A DNA stretch of 57,450 nucleotides, counting the filler, from Sphacelaria rigidula (lineage: Eukaryota), in NCBI GenBank assembly GCA_964200075.2. It is 6 parts of 6 records of this genome, joined end to end, with 100 filler letters (N's around TTAATTAATTAA, not from the genome) between each part and the next. Parts side by side here need not be neighbours in the genome. Positions count along the whole stretch, not along the records: positions 19,186 to 28,677 come from CAXNAA020008365.1; positions 28,778 to 38,269 come from CAXNAA020008366.1; 4 more parts are not named here. One strand, given 5' to 3'. The notes under the pieces were generated by a model. The model saw only the letters and a program-made list of their open reading frames with translations, had not been told where the DNA came from and did no database searches. Positions within the stretch are counted from its first letter, which is position 1. Every line of letters starts with the position of its first letter. Made by a program: the position numbers and the translations under genes. This document shows, in pieces, positions 25,426 to 38,269 of the stretch.

Positions 25426-27484
25426 ATGAAACGCATCATCACAGACATAGCCGCCACCTGCACGAGTCTCGTCCGACTCAACCACGGAAGAATCGGGCAT
25501 GTAGCAAAGGAGCTCGGCGGCACTTTGGTGTCACCGCCGATGAACCTGAGAGATATCCACGAGTACTTCGTAAACCAAAAACACTTCCCTCGGATACGAG
25601 AACTCCTGCAAATGATTGAGTACGGAGTCCTAATGAACACATCGTCTCGCGATCCCGATCTTCGAGGAGCGCTGAGATACGGTAATCACCGAAGTATTGA
25701 AGAACAGATGCCTCAAGTCTGGGAGAAGTTGGTTGAGGATGTACGAAGGAACAGATGCCTGGTGTTTGAAAAAGGGGCGGCGCTCGAAATCAGCGGCCTC
25801 AGAGTGGCCCCGCTTGGGGGCGTAGTAACTAGCAAAGTCAGGATTATCAACGATTTTTCGTTCGATCCCAGCGTACCGAAGGGAGAAACAGGCGGCCTCC
25901 AGCGGGACACGATTGTGGACGAGGTGCCGCAATGCCTCTGCGGAGAGGCACTCCCAAAACTACTGAATGAACTCCTGAAGTTACGTGTCAAGTTTCGGGA
26001 TAGCAGAAGCCTACTGTCGAAGGCGGACGTCTCGAATGCGTTCAGAAATGTCAGGATCGCACCCGACCAGGCGCAAAACTGCTGTTACGTGGTAGACGAC
26101 GTTATGATAGCAGACTTTCGGCTCACGTTTGGATGGACGGGATCCCCCGCCTACTGGGGACTCTTATCACAGGCTGCTGAACACGCACACTGCAATACCA
26201 CAATACTCGACACCGTAATACTCGACGAAGGTAGAGAGATGATGAAACACGTGACCATAGTCGAGCCCTGGGAAGAAGGGATGCCTACAAAGGTCCCGCC
26301 CGACGCTGCTATTCCCCCAGCAAACGAGGGGGGGCTACACGATCCCTTCTTTGTTAGCGGGTACGTGGACGACTATATCCTAGGAAGGGTACAGCACGGC
26401 GCGCAAGATAAATCGGCGCTAGCCGCGTCAGCTTCGCTAGCCTCAGATCGCATCAGACTGTTCGGGCCCGGAGAGCCGGGCGAGATACCCATACTCGTAC
26501 CTAAAAAAAGGACAAACTGGGACACCAGTGTAGATCCGTTGGGATTCACGATCGACACACACACCATAAGGATAGCGGTCACTCGAGAAAAGGTGGAAGC
26601 TATCAAAGAATCGCTGGAGCGCGACTGGCTCGCGGACAAGACACGCGCGACCGCGCAAGACGTACTCAGCATAGCTGGAGAACTCTGGAAGCTCACGTTT
26701 GTTGTGAGACCCGGAAAATACTTCGTATGGTAAATACCACGCCTCACCGACCGACACGTAGCCGCGAAAAAGAAACGTAAGGTGAAACGAACAGTGAACC
26801 TTGGCTGGGAGTTTCACGAGGATATCGCCTTTTGGAAATGGGCTATTGCGGAGAACCTGGTGCTTCGCCGTGAATCGCTTAGCGCCCCGTTCTTTGCCCA
26901 CACGAAACGCACCGCATCTCGTAGATACATCTCCGACGCGAGCCTGGCAGTGGTAGGCGGGTACTGCCCAGAGCTCGGGTTATTCTGGCGATACTCTTTA
27001 CCACATGAACTCACATGCGAACTGAAGAGAAACGCAAAAAATAGAAACATGTGCGATCACGATCAATATTCTAGAATTGTGTGGAATGTTCATGACCGCC
27101 TGCGCTATCCAGATGTTTAGAGCCGAAAGGCCCACAGAGAAAGGGGACCCAATCCTGATGCGCGACGACAACTCGTCGGCTGTACACTGGGTAAATAAAT
27201 GTGGGGGATCAAAAGGCAGACGCGCCGCCCTTCTGATGCGAATGATGGGTCGCATGGAAGTCGCCACCGGGTGGTGTACTATAGCGAAACACATACCTGG
27301 CGTCAAAAACGAATTAGCAGACGGCATCTCGAGATGGTCGGAGTCGGAGGTGACCGAGAGGGTAGCACGGTTATGGGGAAATCTCAATTGGAAGCACCAA
27401 GATCTAGGAAATCGAGGCAGAGAGATACTCGGAATGATTCTGCAAGAAAAGCGCGTGAACCACAGCCTAGACGAACAGATGTGA
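25426..27484 (+). pseudogene. DIRS-type reverse transcriptase and RNase H
   Basis: KVRIINDFSF, SKADVSNAFRNV, LTFGWTGSPAYW, YVDD, then YISDAS..VGGY, INILEL (frameshift ~27060), DNSSAVHW, HIPGVKNELADGISR. In-frame stop at 26731-26733. Confidence 0.9.
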
Positions 27485-27619
27485 AACATAATGTCCTGAC
27501 AAGGAGACTGAACCCGCGCTGAACTCATGATACCATTGCAGGACAAAAGGGAGGCCCCGCCAGAGACGAGAAGGGCGTTGCAAAGCTAGTAGAACTGCTA
27601 GCCCACGCGTCAAGGTAAC

Positions 27620-28621
27620 ACCAGCACAAGAAGTGGGTACGAGAAAAAGTTCGAAACGTGGTCCGAGTGGAGGGCCCGCCGAGAAAAGCCTGTGAATGTG
27701 TTAAAGGACCGACGGCGAGGCTAGCGCGGTAATTGACACCACAGAATTTATAGTGTGGTGGTTCTTTACGCACAAAAACCAGAGGGGAACAGTGCGGGGG
27801 TATTTGTCTGCGATAAGCTTTTACCACAAGATGTATACCGGTTGGGAGTTACCTATGAAACACTGTATGATAGCAGCCGTGCTCAAGGGAGTGGATCGAG
27901 CACACGGAAAGTTCGAAGTAAGGCCCCGCGTGCGAAAACCGCTGGCGCTATCGCTGTTGGCAGAAGGGAGAATGGCAGAGACTGGTACGACACAGAGCCG
28001 AGCCACATGGATAGGCCTAGCCCTATCGTATTTTATTCTATGCAGAGCCTCCGAAATCTGGGCATACATCGATGGTTCGGTACATCCAGATTTTTGCCTC
28101 CGGAGGGGAGACCTTACATTTTTCAGATAAAACTCCCAACTGATCTGGTCAGACAGAGGCGTGGCCGATAGGGTCGAGGTGCGTTTTAGAGCCTCCAAGG
28201 CGGACCAAAAACGCCTAGGGTCGGCTGTATCTCGAACAAGAGTAGGGTGAAGCGCGCGGGGCGCCGAAAGATCTGAAAACACAGGGGCGCTAGAGCTCCT
28301 ACTCAAGCTGCTTGGCTATCACTCAGAGTTGGGGGCAGAAGCTCCACTGATGCAGACCGTAGGTAAGACCGGATGGGTAGCAGTCACTCGCGCACGCGCG
28401 ACGAGCGCACTTAGACAAATAATTTTCAATACAGGGAGAGACCCGACGCAGTACGCGCTACACTCCGGTAGGATCGGGGGAGCAACACATCTAGCGGCGC
28501 AGGGGGCGCGCAACAGCAGATTCAGAGGGCGGGGAGGTGGAAATCGCTGGCCTTCATGACGTACGTAAGAGCGGGGGGCGAAGGAGCGAAATTCGTATCG
28601 CAGGCACTCGCTGGGGGGTAA
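27620..28621 (+). pseudogene. Tyrosine recombinase of the DIRS-like element
   Basis: GTVRGYLSAISFYHK, SYFILCRASEI (catalytic R), SKADQKRLG, YALHSGRIGGAT (HxxR), GRWKSLAFMTYVR (W and Y); internal stops and a frameshift. Confidence 0.9.
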
Positions 28622-28945
28622 TGTGCAAATAAAGAAGAGAAGAAAAAAAATGAAATTGAAGTGAAGAAAAATAGGAGNNNNNNNNNNNNNNNNNNNNNNN
28701 NNNNNNNNNNNNNNNNNNNNNTTAATTAATTAANNNNNNNNNNNNNNNNNNNNNNNNNNNNNNNNNNNNNNNNNNNNACCAGGGGAACCAATCCCTTGTT
28801 ATACAAAACCCACCTCGCGTACAACACCGAAGCGGCACACCCTTCTCTACCCCCCCCCCCCCCCCCCCCCTCCCCACCCCACCCCACCCCACCCCCCTGC
28901 TCCGTGCGCACGTCCTGAGAACACACCCATATATGTTGCGACCAT

Positions 28946-31900
28946 CTAACCTAGCTCCTCTGCTGTAACCATCGCGTCGATGAGACGACATGCTCCCTTA
29001 ACCCTTTTCCGAAATGCTTTCCTTCGTTCGGAATTCCAGCTCTTGGGGGCGGGGCCTAGATGTCCGCGCAAGAACACGAGAATGTTGTCGCGGGCGGCTG
29101 ACTGACCTCCGGCGTCTTTTTTGCCAGGAGCGCGCGCCAACCTTCGGAATACCTGATTGATTTGGGACGGGATGACATCATGCGGGATCATATAGGGGTG
29201 GTTCTTACGTCTTTTCGGCACCACCAACAAGGAACTCTCGGGTAAGTTTTCATCCGCCATAGTCCTCTGGGCCAACCAAGAAGCACCAGAAACGTCCGGC
29301 AGGCCACAAATCACTACCCGCTGTCAAAGGTTCTACTCAAGTAGGGTTATCTACAACGCTACAAGCATACCGATCGCCCCAAAATGATTTTATGGAATTC
29401 GACGGGGTGTGAGAATGGAGGTGGATTGCTGGATGGAAAAAGAGCAAAGGGAAAGATAATACTCACTACTCGAGACCACGAACTTGTCCAGCGCAGGGGT
29501 GTGTGTGTTGTGTGTTGTCGTCCCAGCTATTCTGGACGCCGGTCTACACCTTTCGGTATATGCGGGCGCACCAGCCGGGGTCACACAGGAGGAAGGGTAA
29601 CACAGGAGTTTTTCTTTTTTATTTGTTTTTAGTACCCCTCCTTCCTTCTGCGGTGCTTGCCTTTTTTTTCTATCGCGAGAGGGGTTCAGCAGTCCCTTTC
29701 CCTCGTCGACCATTACGTCGAATTTCGTATACCCACGACATTGTCGCTCTCCACAGTTGGGCATGATGTGAGAAAAAAAACCCAGATCGCTCCGAGATTT
29801 GAACCCACGACCCACCCGTCAAAAGGTTTCGAGGTTACCAATTGAGCCACCGAGGGGTGTAAGACAAGATAAGAGAAAACAAAACTGTAGTCACGCGAAA
29901 ACAAGAACCGCCGATTAACTCGGGAACAAACCAATACCACTTTCGCCCGGCGAAATATACACAGAGAGCAGGCACATTTGTCATTGCTCACACACAAACA
30001 TACACGTTGGAAACAAATCACACATTACCTCCATGAAGGAGCGGTCATCTCCTGCAGATATGATCTCGTGAAAGAATACCCTCATTAGAATAAGTCCGCT
30101 GGGCGAAAGCTCAGGAATCTCGACAGACTGTTTTTTTGCAGGTTTTACACGCACACGTTCACGGCGATCAGAAAGACGAGCACGTTTGGGCGGGGACGGG
30201 GGGCGATACGATCGGTCAGATTCCACCGGGCCACTTGAAAATACCGTGAGGATGACATCGTCCTGTGTCATGACACACATACACGTGGTCTCTCTCTCTA
30301 GTTGTTTTTCTCTTTTGCCTGAGTTCCCCTTCACAAGTTGTCGTTATTGATGTTTTGTCTTCACATTCAAAAACGTTCCAATATCTGCGCAGTACCTCTA
30401 CTTCAGTACTAGGCACCTGATGCGGATGCCATCTGTGGTCACAGGCAAACTATCCAAAATACAATATGAGGGTATAAATATCATAAAATAGGGCCCGGAA
30501 AAAATTCAACGAGTGCTTCTGCCTGTACATCATATATTTCGGGTAGATCTTTCTCATGTCTACGGTTGAATTCGTGGCGGATCAATCCATGCGAGGCAAC
30601 AATCCGTTCAATTAATCATCACTCGACACTCAACACACCTTGAGCACGATGAGGGACATTTGCTTCCGAATGACAAGGTGCGCCATGAGGCGAGCCAGAC
30701 TAGCTGCTCTCCGCGCCGCGCCGTCCTCGAGAGTTTTCAGCGCATCCCAGAACGCTACTTGAAACGTGAACCTTTGGGGTCAGAGAGGGAGTCAGGCGAT
30801 ATACCACAAACAGCGAAAGTGGGGGCCTTGTACCTTGAAGCGTTGAACAGCAATCTGCACCAACAACCAGTAACGTCAAACAACAATACAAAGCATTGAC
30901 AAAAAAAAAAAAGTGAAACAAGAGCGCAAACAAAAACTCGTATCACCTCAGTTGCGGTTGTCGGTCGCATGCACGCTCTGCCAAGTGCGCGTAGAACGGG
31001 TTGTACGATGCCTCTTGGCAGCAGCACTCCACGATCACACGCGCGATTTCTCGCTCCTGCGCGCCCTTGAGGTTCAGCTTTAGGATCTTCTCCAGTGCGT
31101 CCTCGCAGTCCGAGCTTCCCACGATCGCCACGAAAACCGACCGCCGAACGTCCGTGTTCATGCGCTGCCGCGCGGCCAGCTCCATCAGCCCTACCTCCTG
31201 TCCCCCCTCCCCGCCCACCGTGCCCCCGCCGTACTCAATCGCGTCACCCCCGATAATACCACCGCCGCCCCCGTTGCTCTCGCGACTGCCACCGGTTACC
31301 CGTTGCCCTTGTTCTAGTTCCCCATTTCGATCGGTAGCCGCGCGGCCCACCCACGCCGCCCCGACCCTCCACCACCGCCCTTTACTTTCGGTGGAAACGA
31401 GCTCCGCCCAGGTCACGCGTAAGGATGTGTCGCTTGTGGTCCCGCCGCCACCGCCACCCGTTGCGATACTACTTTTACTACGCCCTACTCCGACGCCGCC
31501 TCTCGCCGACTTGATAGCGCCGAGCCACTTGCGCACCCGCCGCCCGGACTCTTGCCCTTGCTCCTGCAGCCGGCTTCGTTTGTTGCTCTGGAGCTCCAGG
31601 ATGGTGTCGAGGATATAACGCGCGCGAGAACCACTCCCGGCCGCCGGTATGACGGTACCATCATCATCACTGCTCCGATTTTGCTGCCCTTTGCCCGACA
31701 CAGATTGTAGTTTGCTTCCTGGCGCAGATGACACCCCGAACGCGGCCTTCCATCGCCCGGTCTCTTCCGAGAGCGCAGAGGCGTCAGCAGAGAGGGGAAC
31801 TTCGGAAGATACCATCGCCGAACTTTGATTGATCGTCGCGGTATTACTATCAGCGACGGTACGGATACTGGCGGTGCCCCCTGCGACAGCTGTGGCCGCT

Positions 31901-34900
31901 TGAGCCTTATCCTTGACGATGGATACGATTTGTTTGAGGGCCTGCGCGTCGTCCGATCGCAGTTGAAACCCGCTGTGCCGTAGAAGCAGCAAGAGAAGTT
32001 CCATATCGTTGTCTCCGAACGCTGGTGGATGGATCAGCGAGATGGCAAGAGGGAGAGGGAGCGCGCGCACGAGGGGGAAAGAGCACGCGGCAAAGAAGTG
32101 GTCGGTCAGATCGTATGGGTAAATGCCGAAGGGTTGCATCGCATGTGCGCATGACGATGGGTTCGACGACAACGGCAATGAGAAAATATATATCCCAATA
32201 CTTTGGAGAAGGGTAGAAGGCTTTGTCAAGAATTAAAAACTTGGCCAAACTCAGGCACAGCAAGAAGAACGCCGCAACTTTCCCCAAAAACATGAAATCA
32301 ACTCATTCGGCTACGATCAGGGGCGCATCGAAGCACCTGTTGGCTCCAATCCGCTACTAGCAAAGTTGTATTTACCCCGGACAAAAACAAACGCGCAACA
32401 AGTCCCTCGAAAAGCTCACCATCCACCAACAACCGGACGATATCGTAAATCAGGGTGCAGTGCGCTACCCCATAGTTGTAGAGATAGGCCAGCAGCAGCA
32501 TGAGGTTGGACCCAGTCCCTCTCCTCCGGGGACGGCCGGCGCGGGCGCTGCTGTTCTCGCGCCGTACATCAACAGGCGGGGTAGCTCCGGCAATTAGCTC
32601 CTCGTTCAGCTCCTTGGCGATGGTTTCGAGGAAAAAGCCGCCGACATCCGCACCCAGGGAAATGTTGAGGGCCGCTATGACTGCTGCGAAGGGCGGGATG
32701 AGCGTCGTCATCACCTGGCGCCAGTTTCCCCCACAGTATTCGGTATTCGCCAGCAAAGCGAGCGGGCAAAGACAAGATGAATGTGTTAGGCTTTCGGAAT
32801 TTGGCACAAAAGCGCGCACTATTTTGCTTCTGCCGTACACGAGGAGGCACGCCGTGGAATAGCGACAATTTCATTGCCTGATTGTCGCGCGTTTTAGGGA
32901 ACCAGCCCTGGTCACAATGTAGGCGTATCTAGGGCAAACAAAATGGAAACGCTCCCTCAAGAGCAAGGAGAGTGGGGAAAACGATAAAGCAGAACAGACG
33001 CGGAGTCTTGAAAAATAACAAAAAATAATACGAAGAAAACAAACGAAAACGAAGACAAAACTAAGCAGGAAAAGTAAGGAAATGAAAGAATGAGACCTAG
33101 AATATAACAAGAAAAAAAAAAGAGATGTCGATGAAAAAGAAATCAATCGATAAAGAAACAAAGCAGAAGTGGCCGGCCCTTGCAGAATGGCTTGACGTGA
33201 TAACAAAATGGTGGGAAAATCATGCTGCACCCATGAATCAACGTAAGCTCAGAGCTAAATTATGAGTGACATGCAGAGCAAGAGCTTCAAAGACAATCGA
33301 CACCGCAGAAGTGGTTCGTCCGCGTGCTGCCTCGACCTGCAGAAACTCTCAGGCTTATGTACCATCGTTTCACAGAACCACTGCGGCAGAACATGGACAA
33401 CAGGCACGTGCTGTCTTTGCTCGCACCTACTTCACAAGCGTGTTTTTTTTAATAGCGCCCCCCTCCCCCTCTCGAAAGGGATGCGTGATCAACGGTCACA
33501 CGACTAAGGCAAGCAACAAATGAGTATGCCTCTCCCCCCCTCCTACGTCACATACACACAAATAAATATCAACCGAGCACAGGCTCTCCATGCTCACATG
33601 CTTCTCGTGGACGCACACCGCCCTGGTGGCCTGCCATAGAGCCTCGTTGACTTCGGTCGTGCTGTTCTCACGATACGCATCCTTCAATCGCGCTGTCACA
33701 GGCTCGAGGGTTTCCTCTGAGAGACGATTCGTTATCCCGTTCACAACACGCTGGCCCAGAGACGAGGACAGAGAAAGGCAGACAAACAGACCGAGACAAA
33801 CCGATGATTAAATTTGTGCCACAAGATGATATGTTGCATCATGCATGCCCTCGCCCTTTTCAGTCGGGAGAGGGGATGCACGTCAGACCAACGAGCATTT
33901 GTTCATCACGGGGATGTATAGTTCTCCGCATGGAAAATCAAGTCGGGAGCACCCGCTTCGATTCTCCAACCGCCGGGAAAACGAGAGAGAGAGTCGGCAT
34001 TTGTACATCTATCCCTCGCGAGCGCGAGGTGTGCATATCGTTCAAACGGGACAATTTCTTCTCAGCAAGCACAAAATTTTCGAACGCACCACACGGCGAG
34101 CAACTTTGTCTTCACCATGTGCATGAGGCTATGATGAGCATATGCCACGCAGACTCAATTCCGCCCCATCAAAACATGATACACCATCGCTTCCACCGCT
34201 CTTCCTTACCTGAACTTGAGCGCTCTTCACTGCCCCCAGTTTATCCACCACCATGTCCCCCGCCGGAGATGTTGCCGCCGCCCCGGTCCCTGCCCCCCCT
34301 CTCCTTGTCGCCGCCGCCGCCGCCGCCGCCGCTGCTCTCAAGTGAGGCGGCACGTACTTAGTAGGCGCAGCACTCTCGTTTCCTCCCCCGATCGACCTCC
34401 CGTAGATGTCTTGCCCGGGTCTCGGTCGGTACACATGCTTCAAGAACTCCTCGCTTTCTTTTTCGCCACCGACGGTGTCGTCATCTCCGTCCCCGTCTGC
34501 GCCCGCACTCTCCTCGCTTCCGCTGCGATCGTCGTCTCTTGTTTCTGCCTGAATTTTCGGTGGAAACTCCTCCATCGCCTCTTGTCCTGACGTTTCGATG
34601 CCTTCTTCCTCATCGGCATCCACGTGCCCTCCCATTGCTCCTTTCTTCGTTCGTTTTCGTCGTTCCCCGTGCTGCTCTTCCCTCTCCTCCTCTTCCTCCT
34701 CTGCAGCATCCGATGATCCTTGCTCTTCTTCCTCGCACTCGTTGTCATCATGTTCCAGCTCGTCTGTACTCCCCACTTCCTCTTCGCTACCGTCGCCGCC
34801 GTCTCCCCCTCTTACTAGCATCATCTCTGGCGATCTCCCTTCTTTCCGCTGCACTATCGTCTCCGACAACATCGTATCATCATCACCCACCCGCTCGTTC

Positions 34901-35697
34901 CCCACGCCGGCTCTTCCATTCTCCCGCTTTTTGCTATCTCGGCCATCCTTTTTCGTGGCACTGGGCGTTCCACGTGTAACCGCCTTTTTGTCAAATCGTA
35001 TCTGTGGGTCATACTCTCGTTCTCCCTGCACTTTAGGTCCCCGCCCTACTCCGTGGTCATCTCCTTCATATCCCTTCTCGTTCTGTCGATGTCTTCGCGG
35101 TGGCGGAGCGACAGCCCCGGCAACCATTTTGTCGTCGTCATCTTGTTCTCTACCGCCGGCGTCCGACTCGCTGCTGCCCTCTGAGATATTTTGATGGAAG
35201 TCCCAATCTGCTTTGTGGCCTCGCTGCCCGTCATCACTCAAAGTGCCATCTATTGCCTCCTCTGCTTCTTCTCCCACTACCTGGACAAGCGTATGAGCAC
35301 GGCTAAGTGGATCAACACGGCCAAAAACAAGCTGAGTAGGGCGGCGGTTGAGAGTAAATTACTACTCTCTCCTTGCATAGATGCCAGGGCGCATATCAAC
35401 GAAAAACTAGACCGAGAAATGAAAATAAAAATGCGCACTTTTCCCCCCCGTTTTCCCGTGTATTTCAGACTTGCCATTCAGCGATTCGCACAGTAGAAGT
35501 GCGTGCAGCGGGGGATGGACTTCATTTCCAGTTGTGCATTTGTCCTAATATAGTTTTACCTCAGATATGCGATCAAGGTCCGAAAGGAATGCTCCGAATT
35601 CGTCACCAAGGCCGTCCTCCACCTCGAGCTCTCGTGAGAGCTTGACCCGTTTCTTGTCTGCGTTCGGACCCGATATACCTAGTAATCGCTCCAGGCG
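28946..35697 (-). CDS. NOM1: Nucleolar MIF4G/MA3-domain protein (NOM1/Sgd1-like), 5'-incomplete
   Basis: Phase-consistent exons: 35697-35560, 35280-34210, 33750-33598, 32714-32420, 32021-30947, 30771-30639, 30127-30029, 29152-28946. Motifs KYVPPHLR, NGITNRLSEET, LAYLYNYGVAHCTLIYD, GFQLRSDD, KGRWWRVGAAW, QRMNTDVRRSVF, CCQEASYNPFYAHL, FTFQVAFWD. Confidence 0.92.
29497..29856 (-). mobile_element. tRNA-derived SINE with CA-rich tail, in a NOM1 intron
   Basis: Head GGTGGCTCAATTGG...GGTTCAAATCTC; the body is very similar to 55464-55822 and it ends in ACAACACACAACACACAC. Confidence 0.85.
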
Positions 35698-36243
35698 CTG
35701 GGGACACGCAATGCGAACAGAAACAAAGGAAAAAAATGAAGACACCAACAGATCTTAGAACGTGCCGGGTCAGACCTTAGAACGTACCGGGTCTTGCAAA
35801 ACCGCGGGGAGAAACCCACATACGCACAAGCGGCACAACGATCAACACGTGTTCAAGGTCTACAGGGGTTCATTGACCAGGGCGTGGGTGATGTTCATTT
35901 TGGCGTATACGCCATTGTACACAGGGGAATCCTTCGGGAGGTCAATTCGCGGCGTAGGTCCGTCCCATCGTTCCCCACCGTTTCTAGTGAGCGCATATCT
36001 GCACCCGGCGTACGAACAACTCTTTGTCAACACACCCGTGATACGGATTTCCTCGCAAAGAAGCTGGGCCCCGGAATGCAGCTGGTCCTGTATTCCCTCT
36101 TAATACATGTAATATGCTCGTGCACAAGGAAACAATGTAGAAAACACAGAATCAGGTGAGCGTTAACATCAATTATACCGAGGTGAGCCGATTCTCTCGG
36201 TAAGACCGTTCAGACAATAATTGCAAGCTACTGTGTTTGTCTT

Positions 36244-36345
36244 CATCCTGTGTGACCCCGGCTGGTGCGCCCACATATATACCGAAATGTGTAGACCGAC
36301 GTCCAGAATAAATGGGGTGACAACACACACACAACACACACACAA
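36244..36345 (+). mobile_element. 3' fragment of the same SINE family
   Basis: CCTGTGTGACCCCGGCTGGTGCGCCC...GTGTAGACCGACGTCCAGAATA...ACAACACACACAC is the reverse complement of the SINE tail at 29500-29590. Confidence 0.8.
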
Positions 36346-36673
36346 CCTGGCAATTATGATTTTGTAATTTCGGACGGCAACTGAATGGAATACCGTGTGA
36401 TTGATTTGATTGATTGTCGCACTTTAAGTGACGCCCCACGGGTGCAGCCGTGATCGCATGATGGACGTACCCCAAAAAAGCAAAACATAAACACTCGCTG
36501 AAGAAAGGAAGGAGCAGAAAAAAGTCGAACAGAACCACATATTAGCAGACTAAGACGTCAAAAAAAAAAGTCAACAAAAGCAAAGCACAGAAAGAAATGG
36601 CCGACGTAAGGCCGCTCCTTATAATAGACAAGAATGAAAATCTAGATAAGTTCCTTTTTCGAGCTTTTATCTC

Positions 36674-37025
36674 GTTTTACGCCCAAACGACAGCTAGGCG
36701 GAGTTTGACACCATGGAATGACTTGCTCTACCAGTTGAGGCGGTTCCAGGACATCTTCTCGTTTTCCGGCGACTGCAGTTTTTATTTTGGCCAAACATTT
36801 TTTTTTGTTCAAGAATGGTTAAAAACAGTCAAATCTAGGAAAAACCGCCACTTTCCTCTGGACATGACTGACTTTTACCGTTCTTGGACAAAAATTATTG
36901 TTTGGCTAAAGCGAAAACTGCGGCCACCGGAAAACGGGAAGATCTCCTGGAACCGCCGAAACTAGTCGAGCAAGTTATTCCAAGGTGTCGAACTCCGCCT
37001 AGCTCTCTTTTGGGGCGTAAAACGA
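36674..37025. repeat. Inverted repeat, ~120-bp arms (36674-36795 / 36900-37025)
   Basis: The arm TTTTACGCCC...TGGAATGACTTGCTC...TTGGCCAAAC is mirrored by GTTTGGCTAAA...GAGCAAGTTATTCCA...GGGCGTAAAA. Confidence 0.8.
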
Positions 37026-37099
37026 CGTGAAAACTCCATGCGTCGGACGAGCACGAGTGTAAGTCGTGGCACTCGCACTCGTTGGGCTGCTCGTTGGCC

Positions 37100-37270
37100 G
37101 TAAAAATGAATAGGACGAGCACTCGAGTCATGCTCATTGTGGAAAAAATGAATAGGACGAGCACTCGAGTCATCGCTCGTTGTGGAAAGAATTAATAGGG
37201 TGAGCACTCGAGTCATTGCTGGTTGTGCAAAAAATTAATAGGGCGAGCACTCGAGTCATTGCTCGTGATG
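37100..37270 (+). repeat. ~43-bp minisatellite with internal palindrome
   Basis: Unit AATAGG(A/G)CGAGCACTCGAGTCAT(T/C)GCTCGTTGTGGAAAAA, about 4 copies. Confidence 0.9.
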
Positions 37271-38004
37271 AACGACTTCAGTGGAGGAGTCAGCAATCCC
37301 ACAAGCAAATAATTGTAATGAGCTTTTTGACGATCTTGAACCAAGAATCTTCAAGTTCACATGCATATCTGAACACGTACAAGCGTCAACCGCAAACACA
37401 GGTGTTGAAGTACTTGCCTGCGCGACTGGCGGAACTTGACGACTCGGATGTATCCATCGTCGCGGGAGCTAAAGACGAGAGATATGTAGTTCCGTTAGGG
37501 GCGGACACCCCAGGGGCCGGGGCGGGGATAGAAGAAGCTAAGATATAGACGCCTTGACAGATGTCCGTTGGTGGTTATTTTACTGAATGGTTTTGTGGTG
37601 GATGTAGCCACGGTTGTGTCGTCCAGGCAGGTCTCTGCGCCCTCATTTTTCTTGCAGAGCAATGATCGATTTGAAAAGGGGTACGTGTTCCGCTTGAGAC
37701 TCATTTCCCCACGATCGTGTGTTTGCGGTAGGTGTCCATTTGCGTTATTTCCCCGTAAAAATGATGCTGCAGGGGCCTCATTGATCATTTTACTTGAAAA
37801 AAACACAAATGGACACCTGCCGCAAACACTCGATGGTGGGGAAGAGTGCCACAAACATACCATCCAAAGAGGTTAGTACGATTTGTAGTGGTCACAGTAT
37901 TACCAAATTCTACCGTTGGTTCACCAGGCTTCCACCATGCCTTGCGCCTCACTCGTCCATCACTTCAGTGACTGATGATGGGTCCTTGGGTTGTCCAGAA
38001 AAGA

Positions 38005-38269
38005 CACGAGCACGAGCACTCGAGTCATTGCTCTTTCTGGAAATAATTATTAGGGCGAGCACTCGGGTCATTGCTCGTTGTGGAAAAACGTTAATAGGGC
38101 GAGCACTCGAGTCATCGCTCGTTGTGGAAACAAATTAATAGGGCGAGCGCTCGAGTCATTGCTCGTTGTGGAAAAAATAATAGGACGAGCACTCGAGTCA
38201 TTGCTCGTTGTGGAAAACATTAATAGGGCGAACACTCGAGTCATCACTCGTTGTGGAAAAAAAAATAGG
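38005..38269 (+). repeat. Same ~43-bp minisatellite, running into the contig end
   Basis: About 6 copies of AATAGGGCGAGCACTCGAGTCATTGCTCGTTGTGGAAA. Confidence 0.9.

Larger units (their letters stand above)
21678..28621 (+). mobile_element. DIRS/Ngaro-type tyrosine-recombinase retrotransposon, decayed
   Basis: Low-complexity putative gag ORFs (21678-23599), then RT, RNase H and tyrosine recombinase in the expected order, with several stops and frameshifts. Termini were not identified. Confidence 0.9.

Noticed and set aside
29780-29856. Functional tRNA genes here and at 1-69 and 55745-55822
   Set aside because: They have A/B boxes but continue into a shared SINE body and tail, and the cloverleaf is incomplete.
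37418-37537. Possible upstream NOM1 exon (SSIPAPAPGVSAPNG...SRA, GC donor)
   Set aside because: Low complexity, and its phase does not join directly to the exon at 35697; left out of the model.
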